Source of the DNA: Euryarchaeota archaeon UBA558
GTDB lineage: Archaea; Thermoplasmatota; Poseidoniia; Poseidoniales; Thalassarchaeaceae
Reading direction: 5' to 3'
Assembly: GCA_002507175.1 (NCBI GenBank)
Contig: DAZE01000005.1
Coordinates: 20,980-84,979 of the forward strand
DNA: 64,000 nucleotides
Part shown: positions 16,359 to 26,309 of the stretch, piece after piece
How positions within the stretch are numbered: position 1 is the stretch's first letter
Layout of the letters: each line of letters opens with the position of its first letter
Made by a program: the position numbers and the translations under genes
Notes under the pieces: generated by a model
Seen by the model: the letters and a program-made list of their open reading frames with translations, nothing else
What the model was told of the DNA's origin: nothing
Database searches by the model: none

Positions 16359-17924
16359 TTGATACGACCCCCCGCCTCTTCAGAGTCGATGCCGGTCAAC
16401 GTTGTATGGTTCAAGCGTGACCTCAGGATCAGGGACCATGCGCCCCTGTCCGAAGCCGCAAAGGGAAGCGATCCACTGATCCTTTTGTATCTCATAGAAC
16501 CCGAGAGATTGGCTCAGCCCGATACCGATCCAACGCATATCGAGTGGGAGTTAGATTGTGCAACTGAACTGGATAAAAATTTGAAGGCTATGGGAGGATC
16601 CTTGCATGTCGTATACTCCAATGTAATTGATTGCCTTTCAAAAATTAACTCCGAATACCGAATAAACAAAATATTCTCCCATCAAGAAACTGGAATATCT
16701 TGGTCCTATGAACGAGATCGTAGGGTCAAGGAGTGGTGCAACAAAGAAGGTGTGTCCTGGGAGGAGTTCCCCACAAATGGCGTCGTTCGGGGGTTGATGG
16801 ACAGGGACCACTGGAAGGGGTTCAGGGACAAGAGAATGTCGAACCCCCCAATTCCCCCGCCCGTTTCAATAAGATCGATACCCGCAACAGACAGCAAGCC
16901 TACGGTTGATTCTATGGGTTTGACTCCCAGAAAGTTAACTCAACGCCCGAACCCCGGAGAGAATGCAGCAATCGAAACCCTAGACTCGTTTCTGAATTTG
17001 AGAGGCGAACAATACAGATGGCGAATGTCCTCACCTGCGGAGGCGAGCTACCACTGCTCAAGGCTATCACCATATTTCAGCACTGGTTGTCTCTCAATCA
17101 GAAGTGCCCTCTGGAAGACCAACCAAAGAAAAGCCGCGTTGAAAGACTCGAAGATCAGCAACAAAAGCAAATCATCGTGGGCCAAGAGCTTGAGCTCATT
17201 TCAGAGTAGATTGGCGTGGCACTGTCATTTCATCCAGAAACTCGAACAAGAACCCACATTGGACCTCATCGCAATGAACGTAGATTTAGACTCGCGCATG
17301 GAAAGGGAATATGACGAGACTACCTTCCGTGCATGGGCATCAGGCAATACCGGCTGGCCGTTCTTTGATGCCTGCATGAGACAACTGATTTCCACTGGTT
17401 GGATCAACTTCAGGATGAGAGCGATGATTATGTCTGTATCATCATACACCCTCTGGCTGCCTTGGAGGGATTCCGGCTTACACTTGGCGAGGCTTTTCCT
17501 GGACTACGAGCCTGGCATACACTGGTCCCAAGTCGGCATGCAATCCGGAACAACCGGAATCAACTCAATCCGAGCCTACTCTGTCCATAAACAGGGATTG
17601 GATCACGATCCCTACGGCGATTTCATAAAATCCTGGATACCTTCGTTGAAAAACGTCCCAACTGAATTCATTCATGAGCCATGGAAGATGCCAGTTAGTA
17701 TCCAAAACGAGAGTGGGTGTGTAATAGGAAGAGATTACCCGTTGCCGGTGCTGGATGAGTCAAAATCAAGAAGAGAGGGTGTCAAGAGGGCTTACTCAGC
17801 GAGAAGGAGTGCAAAGTCTAGAGAAACGAGCAAGAAGGTATACGAAAAACATGGAAGTAGGAAGAATAGACGCAGAAGGAAGCCCATAAGGACAGACGAT
17901 CCGCTACAGACGAAGTTATTCTGA
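16359..17924 (+). CDS. phr: Deoxyribodipyrimidine photolyase / cryptochrome family protein (Cry-DASH-like)
   Basis: The N-terminal alpha/beta domain reads VVWFKRDLRIRDHAPL. The FAD-binding domain shows TGWPFFDACMRQLISTGWINFRMRAMIMS, LDYEPGIHWSQVGMQSG and LSPYFSTGCLSIR. A C-terminal extension of about 50 aa is Arg/Lys-rich. Confidence 0.85.
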   Translation: MIRPPASSESMPVNVVWFKRDLRIRDHAPLSEAAKGSDPLILLYLIEPERLAQPDTDPTHIEWELDCATELDKNLKAMGGSLHVVYSNVIDCLSKINSEYRINKIFSHQETGISWSYERDRRVKEWCNKEGVSWEEFPTNGVVRGLMDRDHWKGFRDKRMSNPPIPPPVSIRSIPATDSKPTVDSMGLTPRKLTQRPNPGENAAIETLDSFLNLRGEQYRWRMSSPAEASYHCSRLSPYFSTGCLSIRSALWKTNQRKAALKDSKISNKSKSSWAKSLSSFQSRLAWHCHFIQKLEQEPTLDLIAMNVDLDSRMEREYDETTFRAWASGNTGWPFFDACMRQLISTGWINFRMRAMIMSVSSYTLWLPWRDSGLHLARLFLDYEPGIHWSQVGMQSGTTGINSIRAYSVHKQGLDHDPYGDFIKSWIPSLKNVPTEFIHEPWKMPVSIQNESGCVIGRDYPLPVLDESKSRREGVKRAYSARRSAKSRETSKKVYEKHGSRKNRRRRKPIRTDDPLQTKLF

Positions 17925-17965
17925 ATATCCGATCAACTCAATACACCCCTCCGACTCCAAGGGCT

Positions 17966-19252
17966 ATGAATCCCTTTGAGTCCCTGTATGAATACGAGAA
18001 ATGGGCCATCCGGATCTTGATTATCACGTTGCTATTGTTCGGCTTCGGAATTACAACGCACTCCACTGGATTTGAAAACCCAATCTCGGAGTTGGTGTTC
18101 ACTTATTTCCTCGACTCGATATTGAACGAGTCGACTGGGGACAGCGGATATAATTACGTCAATACCGCTGGTTACGGCCTCGGACTTGCACTATTCGTGG
18201 TATCTCTGGCAGGGCTTCTTAGGATTGCTGGGATAGACGGGTCCGATGCAATGCTCGTTGCCCTCATTCCATGGGTATTGTGGGCCCCTTTTGGAGAGGT
18301 AATTGAGGATGCTGGCTTGTTTGGAAGCACAATGGCTCCATGGTTCGTAAGCCCAGGGATCCACTTCCAGACCGCAGCATGGGTCGTCCTATCTGGATTC
18401 TTGGGCCACCGTGTTTCTGTGGGTCGTTATGGTGGAACCGTAGATGCGGGCCCATCCACACGCCATATATCAGCTATGTTAATCGCCGCTCAGGCCTTAA
18501 TTTACTGCACAAGCACCCTCGAGAACTCATCAAATGGACTCACCAACACTCTCGATCGAGAGGTAATGGTTATCATATCCATCTTCGGGATTTCATCACC
18601 ATATTGGCTAGCGGGATCACATGCAGATAGATTCGATGACACACAGAGGGTCGTCTACACTTCTGGAGTTGGCGGCTCTATCGTATTATTCTCTATATTA
18701 GCCGCCTACGCCGTTGAAGGGGTCAATGGCAATCTGACCATATGGCCGATAATTATCGTCTTTGGCGTTCCATATCTGATCTGTATGGGAATTTTTTCCT
18801 ATGGGAAAGAAGATGCTAGAAGGTCTTTGGAACTAGGTTTCGTACCAGGAGTCTTACCTCCCGGAATGACGGAAAGCGACTACCTAACTCTGGATACTCC
18901 ACAGAAGAAAGAAGTTGAGTCTTTGTGGAAGCGGGGAGTCCTCGCCAGCCCTGCGGTCTTACTCCCAGTTGGCGGCCAAATTGGGGATGGAATCGCGACA
19001 TGGATAGGAATCGACTACTTTGGATACACGGAGAAGCACGTGATTAGCGCGATGGTCACGGGAGTATTGGATACTTCAATCACTTTCACCATCCTCAAAA
19101 TTGGAATTGCTGGTGTAATTTGTTGGTTTTATTCGCAAGCCGTCTTCGAACACCGGCAGCAACATCTCAGAATACTAATCGCCCTCTGTTTGATGGTAGT
19201 TGGCCTCGCGCCTGCCTTGAGGAACGTGTTCAGGCTCACACTGGGCGTATGA
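17966..19252 (+). CDS. Polytopic membrane protein of unknown function
   Basis: It is 428 aa with 9-10 predicted TM helices. No recognisable catalytic motif was found. Confidence 0.45.
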   Translation: MNPFESLYEYEKWAIRILIITLLLFGFGITTHSTGFENPISELVFTYFLDSILNESTGDSGYNYVNTAGYGLGLALFVVSLAGLLRIAGIDGSDAMLVALIPWVLWAPFGEVIEDAGLFGSTMAPWFVSPGIHFQTAAWVVLSGFLGHRVSVGRYGGTVDAGPSTRHISAMLIAAQALIYCTSTLENSSNGLTNTLDREVMVIISIFGISSPYWLAGSHADRFDDTQRVVYTSGVGGSIVLFSILAAYAVEGVNGNLTIWPIIIVFGVPYLICMGIFSYGKEDARRSLELGFVPGVLPPGMTESDYLTLDTPQKKEVESLWKRGVLASPAVLLPVGGQIGDGIATWIGIDYFGYTEKHVISAMVTGVLDTSITFTILKIGIAGVICWFYSQAVFEHRQQHLRILIALCLMVVGLAPALRNVFRLTLGV

Positions 19253-19294
19253 TCCCATTCAAACATTCAAACGATACCTCTCACTCGATCTGAC

Positions 19295-20554
19295 ATGTAC
19301 CATTACCCCGATGAGGATTTGCCGTTTGATACTCAGATGCTGGACCGTCTCGCAGAGGTTTCGATCCGAGTTGGATTGAATCTACAAAAGGGTCAAAATC
19401 TGATAATCACCGCTCCGGTAGAATCCCTCCCGCTAGTTAGGAGGCTCTCTGCAGAGGCATACAAAAGCGGTGCTGGGGTAGTATCCACATTACTCTCAGA
19501 CGACCTCTTGTCACTGACTAGGTATGAGCATGCATCTGATGAGAGCTTGGATTCCGCACCGTCTTGGATGTTCAATGGAATGGCTGAAGCTTTCGACAAC
19601 AATACAGCGAGGCTGGCCGTCTCAGCAGCAAACCCATTATTATTGAATGGTCAGGATCCAGTTCGCGTCGCAAGAGCCGGGAAATCGATGTCTTTAGCTT
19701 CAAAACCCGCGATGGAAAGAATCACAAATTTCGTGACAAACTGGAACATAATTTCTTACCCAGGTTCCGCATGGGCAAAGCAAGTCTTCCCCGACCTTGA
19801 AGAAAGAGACGCCATCGCTTCCTTGGCACAAGCTATTTTTTCGATCTCAAGAGTGGATAATCCGGATCCGATCGCAGCATGGGAGAAGCATCAACAGACC
19901 CTCACAAGTAGCCAAAAATGGCTCAATGAGAAGAATTTCTCTGCTTTGAGGTATAGCGGCCCCGGGACGGATCTGACGATAGGTTTGGCAGAGGGACACG
20001 AATGGAAGGGAGGTGCTAGCACTTCCAAAAACGGAATAACATGCACACCCAACATCCCTACTGAGGAAGTATTCACCACTCCGCATTCCCATAGAGTCGA
20101 TGGCTGCGTCAGGGCTACGAAGCCATTGGTCTATCGTGGAACCTTGATTGACGGCATCGAGGTTGAGTTCGAGAAGGGAAAAATCACAAAAGCAAGGGCT
20201 GACAAAGGCGAGGAGGTCTTCCTCAATCTTCTGGACACAGATGAGGGTGCTCGACGCTTGGGGGAGGTCGCCCTCGTCCCGCATTCATCTCCAATAAGCG
20301 AATCAGGATTGCTATTCTACAATACACTCTATGATGAAAACGCAAGTTGCCATATCGCACTTGGGCAGTGCTACTCCAAGTGTTTCAGGGACCACATAGG
20401 GAACAGTCCTGAAAGCGTGAAAGAGGCTGGTGGCAATACATCGAACATACACGTAGATTGGATGATTGGCTCAGGTAAAATGGACATCGACGGAGTCTCC
20501 CAGGATGGGACGATCACACCCGTGATGCGAAACGGTGAGTGGGCGTATAATTGA
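19295..20554 (+). CDS. Aminopeptidase, M29 (AmpS/PepS, thermophilic metalloprotease) family
   Basis: It is 419 aa. The N-terminal region LNLQKGQNLIITAPVESLPLVRRL and the C-terminal metal-ligand region EVALVPHSSPISESGLLFYNTLYDENASCHIALG...HVDWMIG are characteristic of M29 aminopeptidases. Confidence 0.65.
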   Translation: MYHYPDEDLPFDTQMLDRLAEVSIRVGLNLQKGQNLIITAPVESLPLVRRLSAEAYKSGAGVVSTLLSDDLLSLTRYEHASDESLDSAPSWMFNGMAEAFDNNTARLAVSAANPLLLNGQDPVRVARAGKSMSLASKPAMERITNFVTNWNIISYPGSAWAKQVFPDLEERDAIASLAQAIFSISRVDNPDPIAAWEKHQQTLTSSQKWLNEKNFSALRYSGPGTDLTIGLAEGHEWKGGASTSKNGITCTPNIPTEEVFTTPHSHRVDGCVRATKPLVYRGTLIDGIEVEFEKGKITKARADKGEEVFLNLLDTDEGARRLGEVALVPHSSPISESGLLFYNTLYDENASCHIALGQCYSKCFRDHIGNSPESVKEAGGNTSNIHVDWMIGSGKMDIDGVSQDGTITPVMRNGEWAYN

Positions 20555-20555
20555 G

Positions 20556-20789
20556 TTAGACCCCGCCCATCGATTCCGCGATCATATCACTCATATTTTC
20601 ATGCTCGTGGTAAGCCCGGTGCCCTGCTATGAAACCTCCAGCATCTCGCTTAGTCCCAATAAATTCCTCTGTACAGAGGGGGCAAAAGACCCTAACTATC
20701 TCAGCCTCGATATAGGTCCCATCCTGCCTCTTTATGGTTATGCATGTCCCGATATCATCCTCCGTGAAGCCATCTTTCTCGTCTGACAT
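20556..20789 (-). CDS. Small hypothetical protein (77 aa) with Cys/His cluster
   Basis: The ORF lies in the 340-nt gap between convergent and divergent neighbours. It is acidic and contains CPLC…HRAYHEH. A same-region plus-strand ORF (20535-20786) is judged less likely. There is no homology-based support. Confidence 0.3.
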   Translation of the reverse strand: MSDEKDGFTEDDIGTCITIKRQDGTYIEAEIVRVFCPLCTEEFIGTKRDAGGFIAGHRAYHEHENMSDMIAESMGGV

Positions 20790-20893
20790 GACTGCCGCTG
20801 TTATCGAAGAGACGTAATCCTTCGGGCTCTCTAACGATTAAGAAATTCATTAAGTCGTGGGATTGAAGTCTGGGGCCCTCTAGGGTAGGCCAT

Positions 20894-22504
20894 ATGGTCA
20901 GGCTTCCGACACGCGTGAACAAGACTGATAAGTCTTGGAGAAATCGCCATAAATTCAACTCCGAACTAATCAGTGAACTTAGGGACAGGATAAACACCGC
21001 GAGGAAAGGAGGAAACGAACGCTCTGTCAAAGTCCACAGGTCCCGTGATAAGTTGTTGGCGAGGGAAAGAATAGATGAAATCTGCGATCCAGGATCACCA
21101 TTCTTGGAACTCTCAACGCTCGCAGGGAATGGGATGTACGATGGTAAGGCTCAATCCGCAGGGATTGTGACTGGTATAGGGTTAGTCAACGGACGCGAAT
21201 GTATGTTTGTGGCAAATGACGCCACTGTAAAAGGCGGATCCTACTACCCAATGACTGTAAAAAAGCACATCAGAGCCCAGGAAGTTGCAGAGGCCAACAA
21301 CCTTCCATGTATCTACTTGGTTGATTCAGGGGGAGCCTTCCTTCCCATGCAGGACGAGGTTTTTCCAGACAAGGAACACTTCGGACGAATATTCAGGAAT
21401 CAAGCCATTCTCTCAAGCAAGGGCATCCCCCAAATATCCGCTGTCTTGGGATCCTGCACAGCCGGTGGAGCATACATACCCGCAATGAGCGACGAATCGA
21501 TCATTGTGAAAGGAAATGGAACTATTTTCCTTGCCGGGCCCCCGCTTGTCAAAGCGGCAACGGGGGAAGAGGTGTCATCTGAGGAACTGGGTGGAGCAGA
21601 TCTTCACACCAGGGAATCAGGTGTGGCAGATCACTATGCAGAAAATGAATTAGAGGCACTGGGAATGGTGCGTGAGATCGTGAGCCATCTCAATGTGGAC
21701 CCAAAACAAAGGTTAGATTTCAAGACAGTCTCCCCCCCAGTGCATGATCCAGAGGATCTTCTAGGGATCATCCCAGAAGATAACCGTACGCCCTTCGACG
21801 TTCGTGAGGTCATAGCGAGGATCTTGGATGGTTCGGATTTTCATGAGTTTAAACCAAGATATGGAAACACGCTAGTATGTGGTTTCGGCCACCTCCATGG
21901 GTATCCCGTGGGTGTCATCGCGAACAATGGGATCCTATTCTCGGAATCATCACTGAAAGGGGCTCATTTCGTAGAACTCTGTGGCCAACGCGGGACTCCC
22001 CTCATCTTCCTCCAGAATATCTCTGGATTTATGGTTGGAAGGGACGCTGAAGCAGGCGGGATCGCGAAGGATGGGGCTAAACTAGTCACAGCAGTATCCT
22101 GCGTCCCAGTCCCAAAGTTCACAGTAATCATTGGAGGAAGTCATGGAGCTGGAAATTATGGCATGTGCGGGCGGGCCTATGACCCGAGATTCCTATTCAT
22201 GTGGCCAAATTCCAGAATTTCTGTGATGGGAGGTCCTCAGGCCGCAGATGTGCTGACAACCGTGAAACAAGACCAAAGGCATCGCAATGGATCCAGCCCG
22301 ATGGATCAAGAAGAAGTGGACTCCTTTCGAGCGCCAATCCTACAGAAGTACGAGGAAGAAGGAAGCCCATATTACTCAACAGCACGATTGTGGGATGATG
22401 GGGTTATTGACCCTAGAGACACAAGAGACATACTAGGTCTATGCATATCGGCGAGCTTGAACTCACCATTTCCAGATCAAAGGTACGGAGTATTTAGGAT
22501 GTGA
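20894..22504 (+). CDS. Methylcrotonyl-CoA carboxylase beta (carboxyltransferase) subunit-type acyl-CoA carboxylase
   Basis: The full length aligns closely to MCCC2-type carboxyltransferases: [89 protein letters not shown], and a C-terminal …YGVFRM. Confidence 0.9.
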   Translation: MVRLPTRVNKTDKSWRNRHKFNSELISELRDRINTARKGGNERSVKVHRSRDKLLARERIDEICDPGSPFLELSTLAGNGMYDGKAQSAGIVTGIGLVNGRECMFVANDATVKGGSYYPMTVKKHIRAQEVAEANNLPCIYLVDSGGAFLPMQDEVFPDKEHFGRIFRNQAILSSKGIPQISAVLGSCTAGGAYIPAMSDESIIVKGNGTIFLAGPPLVKAATGEEVSSEELGGADLHTRESGVADHYAENELEALGMVREIVSHLNVDPKQRLDFKTVSPPVHDPEDLLGIIPEDNRTPFDVREVIARILDGSDFHEFKPRYGNTLVCGFGHLHGYPVGVIANNGILFSESSLKGAHFVELCGQRGTPLIFLQNISGFMVGRDAEAGGIAKDGAKLVTAVSCVPVPKFTVIIGGSHGAGNYGMCGRAYDPRFLFMWPNSRISVMGGPQAADVLTTVKQDQRHRNGSSPMDQEEVDSFRAPILQKYEEEGSPYYSTARLWDDGVIDPRDTRDILGLCISASLNSPFPDQRYGVFRM

Positions 22505-22508
22505 TGAT

Positions 22509-23327
22509 ATGAATGAACCCAGAACAAATCTCTGCGAACTATCATTGAATGGCCCCCAAGCAACGATTATGTTGAAACGAGTTGAGGCATACAACGCGCT
22601 GAACATTGAATTAATCTCCGAGATCACTACACTTCTTGATTGGACTTCTGACCACTCTCAAACAAAAGGCGGCTTTCTTCGAGTACTGCATCTCTGTGCG
22701 GAAGGGAGACATTTCTGCGCAGGGGCTGATGTTAACATGATGAGGGATGCAGGATCAAAGTCGGAGGAGGAAAACAGGAGAGATTCAGAGCGGCTTGACG
22801 GCTTGTTCCATCGTCTTTGGTCACATCCCTGCTTCACTATCGGTCGGGTACAAGGCGTCGCTCTGGGTGGAGGCGCTGGCCTAGTTGCCTGCCTTGATCA
22901 TGTCATTGCGGAGCCGAACACTAAGATCGCCCTATCAGAGGTAAAATTAGGTATCCTCCCGGCTGTGATTGGACCGTACGTCTATAGAAGGCTAGGAAGC
23001 GCTAATTTCCGTAGACTTTCGATGCTGGCCGGCAAGATAGACTCGAAGGAGGCCCTCAGGGTGGGATTCATCGATCAATTGGTTCACTCCGAATCTTCGT
23101 TAGCAACGGCCTCAGTTGAAGTCGCCGAGGAGATTCTGACATCCGCGCCGACCGCAGTTTCGAGAGTGAAGGACCTCACCGCTCGACTTGACAATTGGGA
23201 TGGAACTGATGAGGCGCTGAGGAGTTGGACCTTGGACTTGACGAGCGAAATGAGGGGGTCTGTAGAAGGCCAAGAGGGACTGTCAGCGTTTCTAGAAAAA
23301 AGGGATCCGAACTGGAAAAACCACTGA
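22509..23327 (+). CDS. Enoyl-CoA hydratase/isomerase (crotonase) family; probable methylglutaconyl-CoA hydratase
   Basis: It has a crotonase fold with the oxyanion-hole motif FCAGADVNMM and a GGGAGLV segment. It is 272 aa and sits between the MCC beta gene and the biotin-carboxylase gene. The substrate is inferred from context. Confidence 0.75.
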   Translation: MNEPRTNLCELSLNGPQATIMLKRVEAYNALNIELISEITTLLDWTSDHSQTKGGFLRVLHLCAEGRHFCAGADVNMMRDAGSKSEEENRRDSERLDGLFHRLWSHPCFTIGRVQGVALGGGAGLVACLDHVIAEPNTKIALSEVKLGILPAVIGPYVYRRLGSANFRRLSMLAGKIDSKEALRVGFIDQLVHSESSLATASVEVAEEILTSAPTAVSRVKDLTARLDNWDGTDEALRSWTLDLTSEMRGSVEGQEGLSAFLEKRDPNWKNH

Positions 23328-23346
23328 AAATCGTAGAGGTTTATCC

Positions 23347-24198
23347 ATGACAGGAACTCCAACAGCCATAGTTCTGGGAATCGCCCAGGATGGCGGAGTG
23401 CCACATGCAGGCTGCTTCTGCAGCACCTGTACTTCATTTCACGCTGAATCCAAGCAGCTCTTTCCCACGTCGATACTTATCAGGGATGAAAATGAACTGC
23501 ACATCATAGACGTTTCAAGGCAATTAGATGCCCAATCCAGATCTTTCGGGTTCAACCCAAGAGACATAACCGACATATGGATCACACACGGACATCTTGG
23601 GCATATAGACGGCCTCGGCCTGTTTGGGAAAGAGGTGATGGGCCTCAGAGGGGTCAGACTCCATGCAAGCAAGTCAATGATGAATTTGATTCGTTCAACA
23701 CCGCGGTTGCAGGATCTATTGGAAACAGGAGTATTCATCGAATCCATATTTGAGTCAAATATCGAAATTAGAACACATGGGGGACTTACCTTCCTCCCGC
23801 TCCCTGTCCCACATCGAGATGAATTATCCGACACTCATGCGTTCGTCGTCAGGGGTCCCAGACGATCACTGCTACACCTTCCAGATCACGATCAATGGGA
23901 ACTTACACTCAAGAATCACGGTCATAACTCGATCATGGGCTGGTTGTCGGATTTGAGAGTGGACGTTGCGCTCTTGGACGGCACCTTTTGGAATGAGGAG
24001 GAGTTGCCATCACAGGCCCTTGTCCCGCATCCAACCATGGAGGAATCCGTGCGGAGACTGGGACTTAGGAATGCCAACTCCCCTGATATCCGATTTATCC
24101 ACATCAACCATTCAAACCCCATCCTAATGGACGAAGAACTCCGGCAGAACATGCATGGATGGGCATTAGCAGAACAAGGCGAGGCTTTCATCCTCTAA
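23347..24198 (+). CDS. MBL-fold metallo-hydrolase, PqqB-like
   Basis: The N-terminus LGIAQDGGVPHAGCFCSTC resembles the PqqB start (LGSAAGGGFPQWNCNCxxC). A metallo-beta-lactamase His motif ITHGHLGHIDGL is present. It is embedded in the carboxylase cluster. Confidence 0.6.
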   Translation: MTGTPTAIVLGIAQDGGVPHAGCFCSTCTSFHAESKQLFPTSILIRDENELHIIDVSRQLDAQSRSFGFNPRDITDIWITHGHLGHIDGLGLFGKEVMGLRGVRLHASKSMMNLIRSTPRLQDLLETGVFIESIFESNIEIRTHGGLTFLPLPVPHRDELSDTHAFVVRGPRRSLLHLPDHDQWELTLKNHGHNSIMGWLSDLRVDVALLDGTFWNEEELPSQALVPHPTMEESVRRLGLRNANSPDIRFIHINHSNPILMDEELRQNMHGWALAEQGEAFIL

Positions 24199-24249
24199 CA
24201 CGGGTGAGCGAAGGAACCATTGAAGGAACCATCAGGGTGCGGTTATCAC

Positions 24250-25800
24250 ATGCGACCTACTGCGTGGATGACAAACTCTCCCAAACCCTATGAGTCCGTG
24301 CTCGTCGCAAATCGTGGTGAAATAGCGGTTCGAATATTGAAAGCAGTGCGAGAATGCGGGTTGAGGGGCATAGCAATACACAATGACCTAGATCGGGATG
24401 GAATGCATTTGGAGTATGCTGACAGTGTCGACCACCTAAGGGGCGAAGACCTAAGTTCGACCTACCTTTCTCCAGAGGCAATCATCAACTCGGCTAGGAG
24501 AACTGGTGCAGATGCGATACATCCTGGCTACGGTTTCCTCTCCGAAAGGGCAGACTTCGCCAAGTCAGTATTGGAATCAGGCTTGGTTTGGATCGGCCCT
24601 CCTCCCGAGGCAATCAGGTTGATGGGGGACAAAATAAGAGCCCGAGAATCAATGATAAAAGCGCAGGTCCCGGTAATTCCCGGAAGGTCAATCAGCATTT
24701 CAGATGGTGAGGATCCACTGCCTCAACTAGCAGCGGCTGCGGCGGAGGTCGGATACCCACTTCTTCTCAAAGCCAGCGCAGGTGGGGGTGGGAAAGGTAT
24801 GAGGGTAGTAAATGAGCCAAAACTGCTCAGAACCGAGTATCAGGCCGCTTCTAGGGAGGCGACCGCAGCATTTGGGAATGGTACGGTATATGTCGAGAGT
24901 CTTTTACGTGGCGCGAGGCACATAGAGATCCAGATTTTCGCAGATAGCCACGGTAATGTAATTCACTTGAACGAAAGGGACTGCTCACTACAAAGGCGAC
25001 ACCAGAAGGTGATTGAAGAAGCACCATCTCCGGCTGTTGATCCAGAGCTAAGGGAGAAGATGGGCGATGCAGCAATTCAAGCCGCCCGTGCTGTAAATTA
25101 CGAGGGTGCTGGAACAGTGGAGTTTCTACTCAGTTCCCAGAAAGAATTCTACTTCCTGGAGATGAACACCAGACTGCAGGTAGAGCACCCAGTCACTGAG
25201 CTTGTAACCGGCTTGGACCTCGTTCACATGCAGTTGATGACTGCAGCTGGAATCGAGTTGCAACTCAGTCAGGACGAGGTATCCTTGAGTGGCCATGCTA
25301 TGGAGGCCAGGATATATGCTGAGGATCCCTCCACGGGATTCTTGCCGTCAATTGGTCCAATAGCCAGATTTGACACGCCAGTTGGACCTGGGGTCAGGGT
25401 AGATTCTGGTATTAGGAAAGGTGATGAGGTCACAACATCATTCGATCCCATGCTGGCAAAGATAATCGTTCATGCCCCAGACAGGAATTCTGCCATCCAG
25501 AGACTCGATCACGCACTCTCAGAGACAATACTTCATGGAGTCAAGTCAAACATAGAATTCTGCAGAGAGATACTCAACACGGAGACCTTTAGGGGACCAG
25601 GCGTCACAACTGACTACCTGGAAGGCAGACCCTCAACTCAATCTCAAAACAAGACACCTCCTGGCCTAATCGAGATTATTGCGACTGCTGCCGAGAAATT
25701 CGGGTTGAATAAGTCAACAGGAACTCCTCTCGGCAATCAAGACAAGCACTCAGGACACGAACATGATCCATTCACCACCCTCGCCAAGAGGTTCCCATGA
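24250..25800 (+). CDS. Biotin carboxylase subunit (acyl-CoA carboxylase alpha, BC domain only)
   Basis: The BC N-terminus VLVANRGEIAVRILKA is present, along with the ATP-grasp glycine-rich loop (LLKASAGGGGKGMRVV) and EMNTRLQVEHPVTE. It has no biotinyl domain. The start is ambiguous (TTG 24220, ATG 24250 or ATG 24268). Confidence 0.9.
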   Translation: MRPTAWMTNSPKPYESVLVANRGEIAVRILKAVRECGLRGIAIHNDLDRDGMHLEYADSVDHLRGEDLSSTYLSPEAIINSARRTGADAIHPGYGFLSERADFAKSVLESGLVWIGPPPEAIRLMGDKIRARESMIKAQVPVIPGRSISISDGEDPLPQLAAAAAEVGYPLLLKASAGGGGKGMRVVNEPKLLRTEYQAASREATAAFGNGTVYVESLLRGARHIEIQIFADSHGNVIHLNERDCSLQRRHQKVIEEAPSPAVDPELREKMGDAAIQAARAVNYEGAGTVEFLLSSQKEFYFLEMNTRLQVEHPVTELVTGLDLVHMQLMTAAGIELQLSQDEVSLSGHAMEARIYAEDPSTGFLPSIGPIARFDTPVGPGVRVDSGIRKGDEVTTSFDPMLAKIIVHAPDRNSAIQRLDHALSETILHGVKSNIEFCREILNTETFRGPGVTTDYLEGRPSTQSQNKTPPGLIEIIATAAEKFGLNKSTGTPLGNQDKHSGHEHDPFTTLAKRFP

Positions 25801-25809
25801 GGCATTTTA

Positions 25810-26307
25810 ATGAAGTGGAAATCAGATAACAGCGACAAAGTCTGGTCAGTCAGGCTATTGATAGAGGGGGAGCAAGCCTCAGTTGCGCATCTGAAGTGTG
25901 GTGATGAGACCATACAATCAGACGTCACCATAACTTTTGACAAACAATCGGGCAGCATATATGTCAATGATGATGGGAAAAAGCTCAATCCAAAGATTAC
26001 GAAAGTCGGAGATTCATGGTGGGTTACTGTTTCCAGCCAAACTTTCGTTGTGACGGAAGCTCTGCATAACTCCAAGTCTACAACCGAGGATCAGGGAGGG
26101 TTGACGGCACCAATGCCTGGGATCGTTAGGCAAGTGAATGTCGATACTGGACAGAAAGTACGGAAGGGCCAACCTTTGATGGTATTGGAGGCAATGAAGA
26201 TGGAGCATCAGATAATAGCCCCTCAAGCAGGGAAGATCGAAGCAATCCATTACAATGAAGGCGACAGAGTCGAAATGGGATCTGTTCTGATATCAATCTT
26301 TGAATGA
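25810..26307 (+). CDS. Biotin carboxyl carrier protein (BT-like N-domain + biotinyl domain)
   Basis: The C-terminal biotinyl-lipoyl domain carries the EAMKMEHQIIAP biotinylation motif. About 90 N-terminal residues precede it, consistent with the BT linker domain that is fused in MCC/PCC alpha chains. Here it is encoded separately from the BC gene. Confidence 0.85.
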   Translation: MKWKSDNSDKVWSVRLLIEGEQASVAHLKCGDETIQSDVTITFDKQSGSIYVNDDGKKLNPKITKVGDSWWVTVSSQTFVVTEALHNSKSTTEDQGGLTAPMPGIVRQVNVDTGQKVRKGQPLMVLEAMKMEHQIIAPQAGKIEAIHYNEGDRVEMGSVLISIFE

Positions 26308-26309
26308 AA

